In this document: piece by piece, positions 19,520 through 29,319 of the stretch
Layout: each line of letters opens with the position of its first letter
Numbering within the stretch: the stretch's first letter is position 1
Origin: Rhodospirillaceae bacterium
GTDB lineage: Bacteria; Pseudomonadota; Alphaproteobacteria; MPNO01; UBA2964
Length of the DNA stretch: 64,000 nucleotides
Reading direction: 5' to 3'
Assembly: GCA_038146885.1 (NCBI GenBank)
Contig: JAYQSM010000005.1
Location: 247,219 to 311,218 of the forward strand
Notes under the pieces: model-generated
What the model was told of the DNA's origin: nothing
Databases searched by the model: none
The model's input: only the letters and a program-made list of their open reading frames with translations
Position numbers and translations under genes: made by a program

Positions 19520-20641
19520 CCGCCTTCGCAAGAACCGATAATTCCTTACTCAGCCAATGGTGGTGGACTGTTGATCGATGGAACTTGGCGGCTATCGCTA
19601 CGCTCTGCCTGACGGGCATTGTTCTAATACTAGCGGGAAGCCCATCGGTAGCAGAAAGGCTCAATTATCATCCCTACCATTTCATACAACGGCACTTAGT
19701 CTTTCTCCCATTCGCCATAATTCTCTTACTTGTCACATCCATTATGTCGGCGCGTGGAATTCGGCGATTATCGATTGCGGCTTTCGCGGTCAGTTTAGCT
19801 TTAATGTGTGTTACTTTCATTATCGGAACAGAAATAAACGGTGCAAAGCGCTGGATCACTTTTGCGGGCATATCTCTGCAGCCCTCCGAGTTTATTAAGC
19901 CCAGTTTCGCAGTTTTAGCCGGTTGGCTGTTCTCAATTGCAAGATCCTCCGGAGAGCGAGCAGGATACCAGATATCAATTGGTCTTTTCATCTCAGTGGT
20001 TGGAATTCTATTGCTTCAACCGGACTTCGGCATGACTGTTGTGATCTCTGCGGTATGGTTTACCCAGTTTTTTCTGGCAGGACTTCCCGTCTTGTGGGTA
20101 ATGGTCTTCATTGTAATGGGTTTGGTCGCCTCAGTCGGCGCCTATTTATTTTTACCCCATGTCGCGAGTCGGATTGATCGGTTTATCGATCCATCGTCCG
20201 GCGACTCCTACCAAGTGATGCGTTCTCTCCAGGCATTTGGAAACGGGGGCCCATTCGGCCGCGGACCCGGCGAAGGCTCAATCAAAACGGTTTTGCCCGA
20301 CGCCCATACGGATTTTATCTTTGCCGTAGCAGGCGAGGAATTTGGTCTTTTCGTGTGCTTATTAATTGTTGGAATTTTCAGCTTTATCGTGCTCCGCGGA
20401 AGCATCAAAGCCCTGAAAGAAAATGATCTTTTCATTTTACTTTCGGTTTTCGGCCTATTAGTGCAATTCGGCCTTCAAGCATTCATCAATATGGGATCCA
20501 CCCTTCATCTCATTCCAACCAAAGGGCATGACACTCCCTTTCATATCATATGGGGGCTCATCGCTTTTTGCCGCGGCGCTCTGCATGGGAATGGTTTTGG
20601 CTCTTACTCGCCGGCGTTTTAGAACGGATCGGCTTAGCTGA
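19516..20641 (+). CDS. ftsW: peptidoglycan glycosyltransferase FtsW (SEDS), C-terminal frame disrupted by a 1-nt insertion near 20524-20526
   Basis: SEDS pattern (QPSEFIKP, LLLQPDFG, PDAHTDFIFAVAGEEFG). The listed ORF ends with the unrelated TKGHDTPFHIIWGL... Shifting one base at AAAGGGC restores [34 protein letters not shown], ending at TGA 20639-20641. Confidence 0.9.
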
Positions 20642-20643
20642 AA

Positions 20644-21744
20644 ATGAAGATGAATAGACATATTTTACTTGTTGCGGGAGGAAGTGGAGGTCATATCTTT
20701 CCGGCCATCGCTCTTCACTTCGAGCTCCGGAAACGCGGCTGGAAGACCAGCTTTATTACTGATTCTCGTGGTTTCTCATTTGTTAAAAACACAAAAGATC
20801 TGGCTATCTTCCAAATAAAGTCTGCAAGTCCAAGCGGCAAATTGTCTCAGAAATTAAAGGGGCTCTTAAGTCTAAGCGTAGGACTAATTCAAGCAATCGC
20901 CTTATTGAGGCGATTAAAACCGAGTTTAATCATAGGTTTTGGTGGATACGCCACGATACCAAGTATCCTGGGAGCTGCACTGTTGGGCTATCCCTCGCTT
21001 GTTCACGAACAGAACGCGGTACTCGGGCGGGCTAATAGGCTGTTAGCCCGACTTGTCCTCAAAGTAGCAACATCGTTTACCGAAACCTTTGGGGTAAGCC
21101 CCTCCAGGCAACAGAAATTGACTTTTACTGGCAATCCGGTCCGCGGTGAGTTTTTCCTGTTGGCGGACCATGAGCCGGCCTCGCCTCCGAGCATCTTAGT
21201 AATGGGAGGTAGTCAAGGGGCCGAGATATTCAGCGATGTTGTCCCGCAGGCGATAATGAATTTGCCGAATGAATTGCGAAAAAATCTGTTTATATACCAG
21301 CAATGCCGAGAGAAAGATCTGGACCGTGTGCGCGAGGCTTACACCAATGTCGGCATTAAGTCAGAAATTACGACCTTTTTCGGAACTGTGCCAAGATTAA
21401 TGGCTAGAGCATCCCTAGTAATTTCCAGGGCTGGTGCCTCAACACTTTCAGAGTTAAGTGCAGTGGGCCGAGCAGCCATCCTTGTTCCATACCCACATGC
21501 TTCTGATGATCACCAAATGGCCAATGCCCTCGACTTTATCAGGCTAGGAGGAGGGTGGATCATTCAAGAGAAAGATTTTTGCGCCGAGGCATTAACATCC
21601 CAGTTATGCAATTGCTTCTCATCGAACTCGACGTTGGCTGAGGCGGGAAAAAAAGCCCGGCAAATCGGCTGCCCAGATGCAACGCAAAGATTAGCAGATT
21701 TAGCAGTGTCTATTGCATGCTCTTCGCCAAGGCAGTCCATATGA
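20644..21744 (+). CDS. murG: UDP-N-acetylglucosamine--N-acetylmuramyl-(pentapeptide) pyrophosphoryl-undecaprenol GlcNAc transferase
   Basis: ILLVAGGSGGHIFPAIAL, GFGGY, GGSQGA, ISRAGASTLSEL, HQ..NA. Confidence 0.95.
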   Translation: MKMNRHILLVAGGSGGHIFPAIALHFELRKRGWKTSFITDSRGFSFVKNTKDLAIFQIKSASPSGKLSQKLKGLLSLSVGLIQAIALLRRLKPSLIIGFGGYATIPSILGAALLGYPSLVHEQNAVLGRANRLLARLVLKVATSFTETFGVSPSRQQKLTFTGNPVRGEFFLLADHEPASPPSILVMGGSQGAEIFSDVVPQAIMNLPNELRKNLFIYQQCREKDLDRVREAYTNVGIKSEITTFFGTVPRLMARASLVISRAGASTLSELSAVGRAAILVPYPHASDDHQMANALDFIRLGGGWIIQEKDFCAEALTSQLCNCFSSNSTLAEAGKKARQIGCPDATQRLADLAVSIACSSPRQSI

Positions 21745-23168
21745 AGAACTTATCCAGAAATATTGGTCTTATCCATTTTTGTGGCATTGGCGGTATCGGT
21801 ATGAGCGGCATTGCTGAGATCTTGTTCAATCTCGGTTACGACGTTCAGGGCAGCGACCTAGTAAGAAATGGAAATGTCAAAAGACTTCAAGCGATCGGGA
21901 TCCCAATACACATCGGCCAGTCAGAGAATAATTTGAATAATGCCTCGGTAATTGTAATTTCCTCTGCGGTCAATGCAGAAAACCCCGAGCTTGTGGCAGC
22001 AAGGAAAATGATGATCCCTGTTGTTCGAAGATCGGAAATGCTGGCAGAGTTGATGCGACTAAAATCCTCCATCGCCATTGCTGGCACGCACGGGAAAACC
22101 ACCACCACATCCCTCATTGCGTCGATCCTCGACAAAGCGGAATTTGACCCGACTGTCGTAAATGGGGGAATTATCAATGCCTACGGGACCAACGCAAAGC
22201 TTGGCGAGGGAGATTGGATCGTTGTAGAAGCCGATGAGTCTGATGGGAGTTTCAGAAAACTACCTGCGTCAATAGCCTTAGTCACGAATATTGACCCGGA
22301 GCATCTCGACCATTGGGGATCCTTCGATGAATTACGGAAGGCCTTTGTTACATTCATCCAAAATATTCCCTTTTATGGTCTGGGGGTCCTTTGCGTGGAC
22401 AGCCCGGAGGTCCAGACACTCATTGCAAGGGTGTCAGATCGGAGGATTATCACTTATGGCTTTAGTCCGCAGGCTGATTACAGGGTCATTAACTATATCT
22501 CTAAAAATGGCGCCAGCTATTTTGATGTTATTTGTTCAGATCGTTCCCTCCGGGCAGGAGCGACTGTTACACAAATAAAGTTTCCGATGGTCGGCCGCCA
22601 CAACGTTCAAAATGCAGTCGGCGCTATATCAGTCGCCATGGAACTGGGCATTGATGAAGAAAAAATCCGACTGGGCATCGAGACTTTCAGCGGGGTCAAG
22701 CGTCGGTTTACTGTTACTGGCTGTATTGACGGAATCACAATTATCGATGACTACGGACATCATCCGGTTGAGATAGAAGCCGTTCTCGATGCTGCCCGAT
22801 CAATTTCAAAAGGGAAAGTCATCGCCGTTTTCCAACCTCACAGATACACCCGTGTTAGAGATCTATTCGAAGACTTCTGCACCTGTTTTAATCATGCAGA
22901 TGCAGTAATTGTTGGAGAGATCTATGCAGCTGGCGAGTCTCCCATTGATGGCATTGATCAAAAATCGCTTGTGGACGGTCTGATTTCTCGAGGTCATCGC
23001 AATGTTATATCATTATCAAGAACTGATTTACTGTCCGAGATCGTAAACACACATGCTAGCAACGGTGATTTTGTAATTTGCCTCGGTGCTGGAGACATTA
23101 CGGATTGGGCATATAACCTCCCAGATCAGCTCGCGAGGCTTCGCTCAAAAAATGCGGAGCATCGATGA
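21741..23168 (+). CDS. murC: UDP-N-acetylmuramate--L-alanine ligase
   Basis: IHFCGIGGIGMSGIAEIL, GTHGKTTTTSL, EADESDGSF, NIDPEHLDH, DDYGHHP. ATG 21741 overlaps the murG TGA (ATGA). Confidence 0.95.
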   Translation: MKNLSRNIGLIHFCGIGGIGMSGIAEILFNLGYDVQGSDLVRNGNVKRLQAIGIPIHIGQSENNLNNASVIVISSAVNAENPELVAARKMMIPVVRRSEMLAELMRLKSSIAIAGTHGKTTTTSLIASILDKAEFDPTVVNGGIINAYGTNAKLGEGDWIVVEADESDGSFRKLPASIALVTNIDPEHLDHWGSFDELRKAFVTFIQNIPFYGLGVLCVDSPEVQTLIARVSDRRIITYGFSPQADYRVINYISKNGASYFDVICSDRSLRAGATVTQIKFPMVGRHNVQNAVGAISVAMELGIDEEKIRLGIETFSGVKRRFTVTGCIDGITIIDDYGHHPVEIEAVLDAARSISKGKVIAVFQPHRYTRVRDLFEDFCTCFNHADAVIVGEIYAAGESPIDGIDQKSLVDGLISRGHRNVISLSRTDLLSEIVNTHASNGDFVICLGAGDITDWAYNLPDQLARLRSKNAEHR

Positions 23169-23207
23169 TGAGATTATCTGGGATAAGATCAGATCAGCAT
23201 CAACGAT

Positions 23208-24119
23208 TTGCCAAATGTGCGCGGTCGCATAAAAGTGAATGCCCGTTTGGCCCAAGGGACCTGGTTTCGAGTGGGAGGACCATCGGAGATCCTATTCGAG
23301 CCTGCTGACACAGCCGATCTTGCTTGGTTTTTGAACAATTTGGACCCCGGCGTCCCCGTAACCATAATTGGAAGGGGATCTAACGTGATTATCCGGGACG
23401 GGGGCATTCCTGGTGTCACAGTTAAGCTGGGTCGCCCATTCTCTGAAATTCGAGTTAACCCGGTTAAGTGCGAAGTAATCGCTGGTGGAAGTGCAGTCGA
23501 CGCCGCCCTCTCCCGGGCTGCGCAGAGGTCTGGCATTTCGGGATTTGAATTTTTATCCGGCATTCCAGGCACTATCGGCGGTGCTATCCGAATGAATGCT
23601 GGCGCCTATAATACTGAATTTTCAGAGGTTTTATCAGAAATAACGGCCGTAAGTCTCAGCGGGAAAATTCTGACAGTTGACAGAAAAAAAATGAATTTTG
23701 CTTATCGGTTCGTAGACGCGCCAGATGATTGGATCTTCGTTTCGGCAAAACTTCAAGGGGAACCAGACGACCCTATCGCAATAAAAGAGCGGATGTTGGA
23801 GATCTCCGTAGCCAGGGAAGGCAGCCAACCCACCAAAAAACGCACTGGCGGCAGCACCTTCAAAAACCCCCCAGGGTCAAAAGCATGGCAATTGATAGAC
23901 AGCGCAGGGTGCCGAGGCCTGGTTCGCGGTGGTGCGAAGGTTTCCTGCAAACACTCTAATTTCCTTTTAAATTCGGGTAATGCCTCAGCATCTGATCTTG
24001 AGAATTTGGGGGAAGAGGTTCGAGAAAAAGTATTCGATACCCATGGAATTTGCTTGGAGTGGGAGATAAGGCGGCTCGGCCTTCATAAGGCTGCTTCACG
24101 AAAACGAGGAAATCAATGA
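23208..24119 (+). CDS. murB: UDP-N-acetylenolpyruvoylglucosamine reductase (5' end uncertain)
   Basis: VRGRI...TWFRVGGPSE, GRGSNVIIRDGG, GIPGTIGGAIRMNAGAY, GSTFKNP. The first in-frame start is TTG 23208. An ATG at 23165 overlaps the murC stop but is in another frame (see findings). Confidence 0.88.
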   Translation: MPNVRGRIKVNARLAQGTWFRVGGPSEILFEPADTADLAWFLNNLDPGVPVTIIGRGSNVIIRDGGIPGVTVKLGRPFSEIRVNPVKCEVIAGGSAVDAALSRAAQRSGISGFEFLSGIPGTIGGAIRMNAGAYNTEFSEVLSEITAVSLSGKILTVDRKKMNFAYRFVDAPDDWIFVSAKLQGEPDDPIAIKERMLEISVAREGSQPTKKRTGGSTFKNPPGSKAWQLIDSAGCRGLVRGGAKVSCKHSNFLLNSGNASASDLENLGEEVREKVFDTHGICLEWEIRRLGLHKAASRKRGNQ

Positions 24120-25042
24120 CTAGATCTCTTGATATAGTTGTTCTTTTGGGTGGGGTTTCCTCAGAACGTGATATCTCTCTGATGACGGGCCAGGCAGTGA
24201 TAGAAGTGTTAAGAGGGCACGGCCATTCAGTTCGCGAATTTGACACACAGGAAGGGCCGGAAAAATTATTTAGAGCTTTGTCGCCTAAACCTGACGTGGT
24301 CTTCAACGCTTTGCACGGCCGTTTCGGTGAGGATGGGAGATTACAAGGTATTTTAGATTTTCTGGAGATCCCGTATACGCACTCCGGATTATTAGCCTCA
24401 GCCCTAGCTATGGATAAACCTGCAGCGAAAAGGCTTTTTAGAGAAGCCGGAATCCAATGCCCTGACCACTTAATAGTCGACACTGAAATGGCAGTGGTAA
24501 AAGAATTTATGCCCCGACCATATGTTATCAAGCCTCTCAACAACGGTTCCAGTCTCGGTGTACACATCATAAATAACGATCAAAATTTCCAAAAACTTAT
24601 TGAACAGGATTGGGGATTCGGAAATCAGGTAATGATCGAGAGGTATATCCCGGGTCGGGAGATCACAGTCGCCGTGATGGGGGATCGAGCCCTTGGCGTC
24701 ACCGAACTATACCCAAACTCCGGATTTTATGACTTTTCATCCAAATATACGGAGGGGAAAACAAAACATGTCATTCCTGCCGATATACCCGGAGCTATAT
24801 CAGAACTGGCGATGCAAACCGGGTTGTTAGCCCATAAAACGCTTGGCTGCAGGGGCATAACAAGGTCTGATTTTCGTTACAATGATAATGAAGCCGGAAA
24901 AAAGGGACTTTACCTTCTCGAACTCAACACACAGCCTGGCCTTACTCCGTTATCATTGGTCCCTGAGCAAGCTGCATTTTCTGGGATCGCCTTTCACGAC
25001 CTAGTCAAATGGATGGTGGAAAACGCAAAATGCGACCGGTAG
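24116..25042 (+). CDS. ddl: D-alanine--D-alanine ligase
   Basis: VLLGGVSSERDISL.TG, FNALHGRFGEDG.LQG.L, KP...GSS.GV, ATP-grasp C-terminus ELNTQPGLT. ATGA overlap with murB. Confidence 0.95.
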   Translation: MTRSLDIVVLLGGVSSERDISLMTGQAVIEVLRGHGHSVREFDTQEGPEKLFRALSPKPDVVFNALHGRFGEDGRLQGILDFLEIPYTHSGLLASALAMDKPAAKRLFREAGIQCPDHLIVDTEMAVVKEFMPRPYVIKPLNNGSSLGVHIINNDQNFQKLIEQDWGFGNQVMIERYIPGREITVAVMGDRALGVTELYPNSGFYDFSSKYTEGKTKHVIPADIPGAISELAMQTGLLAHKTLGCRGITRSDFRYNDNEAGKKGLYLLELNTQPGLTPLSLVPEQAAFSGIAFHDLVKWMVENAKCDR

Positions 25043-25875
25043 GCAAAACAAATCGTAAAAAGGCTCCGACCCGGCGAAAATCTCCAGGTCTTCGCCGATT
25101 GTTTTCAATAAAGGTGAACTGCGCTTTAGTTTTAGCCAGTGTTTTATTACTTCTGACTGTACTCGCCTGGCAAACAGATTTCAGCAGAAGAATTAATGAT
25201 GTAATCGCCGACGCCATACACCTCGGCGCAAGGCAAGGCTTCTCAGTCCAAGAAATCATCTTACATGGGCGACATCGAAGCACAAGCGATGAAATCCGCC
25301 GAGTAGTTGGCTTGAATAGAGGATCACCGATCTTCGCGGTGCATCCCCAAAAGATCAAAAAGCGTATCGAACATTTACCGTGGGTTGATACCGCCTCTGT
25401 CCACCTCTACCTGCCAAATAAGGTCGAAATAGTAATCAAGGAACGCACGCCGGTGGCGCTTTGGCAACGAAACGGCAAGCTATCTTTGATTGATACAACT
25501 GGCCGGGTCATACCCGGGGCAAAAATCGATAAATTTGGAAATCTTCCCATTCTACTGGGTGAAGAAGCCCCCAGACGTGCAGCGCTCCTGTTCGATCTTT
25601 TATCCGCAGCTGGACCTCTATCTAGCGGCGTAATCGGCGCAAATTGGGTTGGAAAAAGGCGATGGAATTTGAAGCTGACCAATGGAGTAATTATCAAGTT
25701 GCCAGAAGATTCTCCAGACCGAGCACTAAGACGACTTTCTCGACTGGACAAACGATTCCGTCTCTTGGAGAGAGATATAAAAACAATCGATTTAAGGTTG
25801 CCGGACAGAATGATCATAAAGTTGGGAACACAAAGGGCCTTATCGAATCAGCAAGGTGCTGGAAGAAGAACATGA
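25009..25875 (+). CDS. ftsQ: cell division protein FtsQ
   Basis: Basic N-terminus, one TM segment (ALVLASVLLLLTVLAW), then POTRA-like VQEIILHGRHRSTSDEIRRVVGL and an FtsQ-type domain. Conserved position. An alternative ATG lies at 25030. Confidence 0.85.
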   Translation: MDGGKRKMRPVGKTNRKKAPTRRKSPGLRRLFSIKVNCALVLASVLLLLTVLAWQTDFSRRINDVIADAIHLGARQGFSVQEIILHGRHRSTSDEIRRVVGLNRGSPIFAVHPQKIKKRIEHLPWVDTASVHLYLPNKVEIVIKERTPVALWQRNGKLSLIDTTGRVIPGAKIDKFGNLPILLGEEAPRRAALLFDLLSAAGPLSSGVIGANWVGKRRWNLKLTNGVIIKLPEDSPDRALRRLSRLDKRFRLLERDIKTIDLRLPDRMIIKLGTQRALSNQQGAGRRT

Positions 25876-25896
25876 CCGCTGTGGAAGGATAAGAAA

Positions 25897-27150
25897 ATGG
25901 GGCGTGCGGGAAAAACAAGAACTGGCCTAATAGCGGCATTGGATGTTGGAAGCACTAAAATTTGTTGCCTTATCGCTCAGGCAACAAATAACGGATCGAT
26001 AAGAGTTTCTGGAGTAGGACATCAAGCCTCCCAGGGGATAAAAAACGGCGCAATAACGGAAATGGCGAGTGCACAAAACGCAATACTAACAGCTGTAAGC
26101 GCCGCTGAGGAAATGGCAGGAGAACGGATTCGCGAAGTGATTTTGTCTGTTTCAGGAGGAAACATCAGATCGAGAATCTTTTCAACCGAACAATCTATAT
26201 CGGGACGAGAAGTGAATGAGACAGATGTCCGACGGTTGCTAGCACGGGCTGGAAATCTCAGCTTTCCAGCAGACCAGGAGCTCCTTCACTGTTTACCGGT
26301 GGGTTACACAGCCGATGGAACTCGGGGAATACGCGATCCACGCGGGATATTCGCCGATCAATTATCAGTGAATGTCCATTTAGTAACCGCCAGAGCTGCA
26401 GCGTTGAGAAACCTATCGACATGCATAGAAAGGTGTCATTTAGACGTTGAATGCGTTGTTGTCGGACCTTACGCATCTGGTCTTGCCTGCCTCGTAGAGG
26501 ATGAAATCGATCTCGGAGCAACTATCATTGATCTGGGAGGGGGCACAACCTCAGTTGCAGTTTTCTACGACAGCGCCATGATATTCGCCGACTCTATTGC
26601 CGTGGGTGGTCAACACGTCACTAATGATATAGCCCGCGGTTTGTCAACTCCACTGATCCAGGCAGAGCGGATGAAAACGCTCTACGGATCGGCAATTATT
26701 TCACCATCGGATGAAAGAGAAGTTATTGACGTGCCTCTTATTGGGGAACAAAGCACTGCTCATCCAAATCATGTCCCAAGGTCTCTCCTAAACGGAGTGA
26801 TTCGGCCTCGCATGGAAGAAATTTTTGAGATGGTCCGTGCCAAATTGGATCAAGCCGGCGTGACAAAAACAGCAGGCCAGAGACTGGTCATAACCGGAGG
26901 AGGTAGCTTGCTTAGCGGAGCCCCCGAACTAGCCGGACTTATTTTAGAGAAAAAGGTCCGGATTGGCAGACCCATGAAGATCAGCGGTCTAGCGGAGGCG
27001 ACCAGCGGACCGGCATTCTCTGCCGGAGCAGGACTTCTGAGATTTGCGGTAGAAAGAATCTCCGATAATGCTAACCCTAATGACTCCCATGCCGCGCGCC
27101 CGAACTCTCGTATCGGGCGTATCGGCCAATGGATCAGAGAGAATTTTTAA
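25897..27150 (+). CDS. ftsA: cell division protein FtsA
   Basis: IAALDVGSTKICCLIA actin-fold phosphate-1 motif, IIDLGGGTTSVAVF, LVITGGGSLL. Conserved position before ftsZ. Confidence 0.93.
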   Translation: MGRAGKTRTGLIAALDVGSTKICCLIAQATNNGSIRVSGVGHQASQGIKNGAITEMASAQNAILTAVSAAEEMAGERIREVILSVSGGNIRSRIFSTEQSISGREVNETDVRRLLARAGNLSFPADQELLHCLPVGYTADGTRGIRDPRGIFADQLSVNVHLVTARAAALRNLSTCIERCHLDVECVVVGPYASGLACLVEDEIDLGATIIDLGGGTTSVAVFYDSAMIFADSIAVGGQHVTNDIARGLSTPLIQAERMKTLYGSAIISPSDEREVIDVPLIGEQSTAHPNHVPRSLLNGVIRPRMEEIFEMVRAKLDQAGVTKTAGQRLVITGGGSLLSGAPELAGLILEKKVRIGRPMKISGLAEATSGPAFSAGAGLLRFAVERISDNANPNDSHAARPNSRIGRIGQWIRENF

Positions 27151-27235
27151 ATCCCGAGTTGTTTTTGCCTGGACTAACACCGACTCACATAAGGACTAGA
27201 CTACTATTGTTTTTCTGAAAGAACTGGAGAGTAAA

Positions 27236-28987
27236 ATGGCCATCAACTTCACAGCCCCTCAACGGGAGACACTACTTAAGCCGCGGATAACGGTCTTTGG
27301 CGTCGGCGGCGCTGGAGGAAACGCGGTAAATAATATGATCGACAAAAAACTTGATGGTGTCGATTTTGTCGTGGCAAACACTGATGCACAGGCAATTGCG
27401 CAGTCGAATGCTCCCCGTCAGATTCAATTAGGAGCTTCAATAACTCATGGACTCGGCGCAGGTGCCCGGCCCGATATGGGCCGAGCAGCCGCGGAGGAAG
27501 CCATAGAGGATATAAATGAAAACCTAGATGGCTCTCATATGGTATTCATTGCGGCCGGAATGGGTGGTGGGACCGGCACCGGCGCTGCCCCTGTTATTGC
27601 CAGATTAGCCCGCGAACAAGGTATGCTAACCGTTGGAGTTGTTACTAAACCCTTCCATTTTGAGGGAAAGCACCGCATGCGAATTGCAGAATCCGGCATA
27701 GAAGAAATGCAGCAATTTGTTGACACTTTAATAATAATACCGAACCAAAATCTTTTTCGAATTGCAAACGAGAAAACCACTTTTGCCGACGCTTTCTCCT
27801 TAGCGGATGATGTCCTCCACTCAGGTGTCCGTGGGGTTACCGACCTAATGGTGGTTCCTGGCCTAATCAATTTAGACTTTGCGGATATCCGAAGTGTTAT
27901 GTCAGAGATGGGTAAAGCGATGATGGGTACCGGCGAGGCCGATGGGGAAGACCGTGCTAGGCTGGCCGCAGAGGCAGCCATCTCCAATCCTCTTCTTGAT
28001 GACGTCTCCATGAGAGGTGCCCGCGGTGTTCTGATAAATATTACCGGAGGCCCGGACATGACCTTGTTCGAGGTGGATGAAGCGGCAAATCGGATTGGCG
28101 ATGAAGTGGATCAAGATGCAAATATTATATTTGGCTCTGCTTTGGATCCCTCCCTTGAGGGCCGACTGCGCGTCTCTGTTGTAGCAACCGGAATTGATGC
28201 CGAAGCAGGCTTGCAGCCTCATCCTGTAATAAGAGTGTTGGATGAGAGCAATTCTGGAACATTAAATTTAAACATTAGGAAGTCTCAAAACGCCCTGCCC
28301 GACCTTCCAAAGATCAGCGATCAAATTGAAAAAATGACCGACACTCCACCAGATGTTGTCGCATCGGCATTAAAAACAGAAACCGATCTGTTTTCTGAAA
28401 CCACTGCAGCAGAACCAGAGAAACTTAAAGAACAAGATAGTTTCATCCCACCCGAACCTACAGAGATTATTAAGAAAATTTCAGAAACGAGATCACCTGA
28501 CCCTTTCCGTGAGGCAGAGTTACTAAACTCTTCGAAACCGCAGGAAAGTCGTCCTACATCGCTGCTCCGTCGTATGACAGAGGTTGCGTGGCCGCGTCGA
28601 ACATCTTCCGCGCTTGAGACAGAACATAAAGAGCCACCAAAGGATGTCTCTAACAAAGAGGCAAATCAACAAAGCTCCTCGTCGAATTCCTTCGAAATGT
28701 CCGAAAGAAAAGTTACTGGGGATAAAGTTTCTTTCTCGGAAAAAGATCATTTGTCATCAGACACCAACGCAGTCGAAAGCCCCGGATCGGAACTTTCCAG
28801 TCCCAGAGGAACTTCTCCAGATATCCGACCGGAGCGGGCAGAAGCCATAAGTTCCATGAGCTCCACAGAAACAGAGCGTGCAGGAGACCGGCAATTGTCA
28901 GAAAATCTCAACGAGATTTATCAGCCCGAGAAAACAGAGGAGGATCTCCTGGACATACCAGCATTTCTGAGACGGCAAGCAAATTAA
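27236..28987 (+). CDS. ftsZ: cell division GTPase FtsZ with long C-terminal linker
   Basis: [17 protein letters not shown], tubulin signature [22 protein letters not shown]-like ANTDAQAI. An Ser/Glu/Pro-rich linker of about 245 aa precedes the conserved C-terminal peptide [14 protein letters not shown]. Confidence 0.97.
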   Translation: MAINFTAPQRETLLKPRITVFGVGGAGGNAVNNMIDKKLDGVDFVVANTDAQAIAQSNAPRQIQLGASITHGLGAGARPDMGRAAAEEAIEDINENLDGSHMVFIAAGMGGGTGTGAAPVIARLAREQGMLTVGVVTKPFHFEGKHRMRIAESGIEEMQQFVDTLIIIPNQNLFRIANEKTTFADAFSLADDVLHSGVRGVTDLMVVPGLINLDFADIRSVMSEMGKAMMGTGEADGEDRARLAAEAAISNPLLDDVSMRGARGVLINITGGPDMTLFEVDEAANRIGDEVDQDANIIFGSALDPSLEGRLRVSVVATGIDAEAGLQPHPVIRVLDESNSGTLNLNIRKSQNALPDLPKISDQIEKMTDTPPDVVASALKTETDLFSETTAAEPEKLKEQDSFIPPEPTEIIKKISETRSPDPFREAELLNSSKPQESRPTSLLRRMTEVAWPRRTSSALETEHKEPPKDVSNKEANQQSSSSNSFEMSERKVTGDKVSFSEKDHLSSDTNAVESPGSELSSPRGTSPDIRPERAEAISSMSSTETERAGDRQLSENLNEIYQPEKTEEDLLDIPAFLRRQAN

Positions 28988-29319
28988 TTCTATTGATTGA
29001 CGGGGATATCAAGCTCAAAAAACTTATTACAATTTGAAAGGTCCATGTTAACTGAGAACAACTATTTTGATTTTTCATTAAATTGTAAGCCCTGCGCCTG
29101 GGAACCATTTAGGGAACTTGGAGACGTAACAATCTGTAATATTTGTTGATTTGCCTGCTACGCGCTCAGTTGCTACCCAGATGTAGGCTAGTCTCTAGGT
29201 AGTGGAGTAACTCAATAGTCGGTGACGGAGAGAGTAACGTCGATGGCAATATGCCAATAGTAGCGTCAGGCTATGAGGTCTGTCGGGGACTTAACCAAAG
29301 ATTCGTTTAAGGAGACCAA

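Noticed and set aside
23956-24570. Long antisense ORFs opposite well-supported genes: 204 aa opposite murB/ddl here, 174 aa at 27535..28059 opposite ftsZ, 171 aa at 4728..5243 opposite the D-LDH gene, 138 aa at 31218..31634 opposite recN, and 136 aa at 25407..25817 opposite ftsQ.
   Set aside because: Their products are low-complexity, Ser/Arg/Pro-rich, and have no recognisable motifs. Each sits opposite a gene with strong family signatures. Open antisense frames of this length are a common by-product of codon bias, and nothing in the sequence supports translation, such as an RBS or conserved motifs.
27151-27235. CtrA-type TTAA-N7-TTAA boxes in the dcw intergenic regions (upstream of mraZ, ftsA-ftsZ, ftsZ-lpxC).
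   Set aside because: I scanned by eye and every TTAA found lacks a partner TTAA at N7 spacing. There is no support for a CtrA site from the sequence alone.
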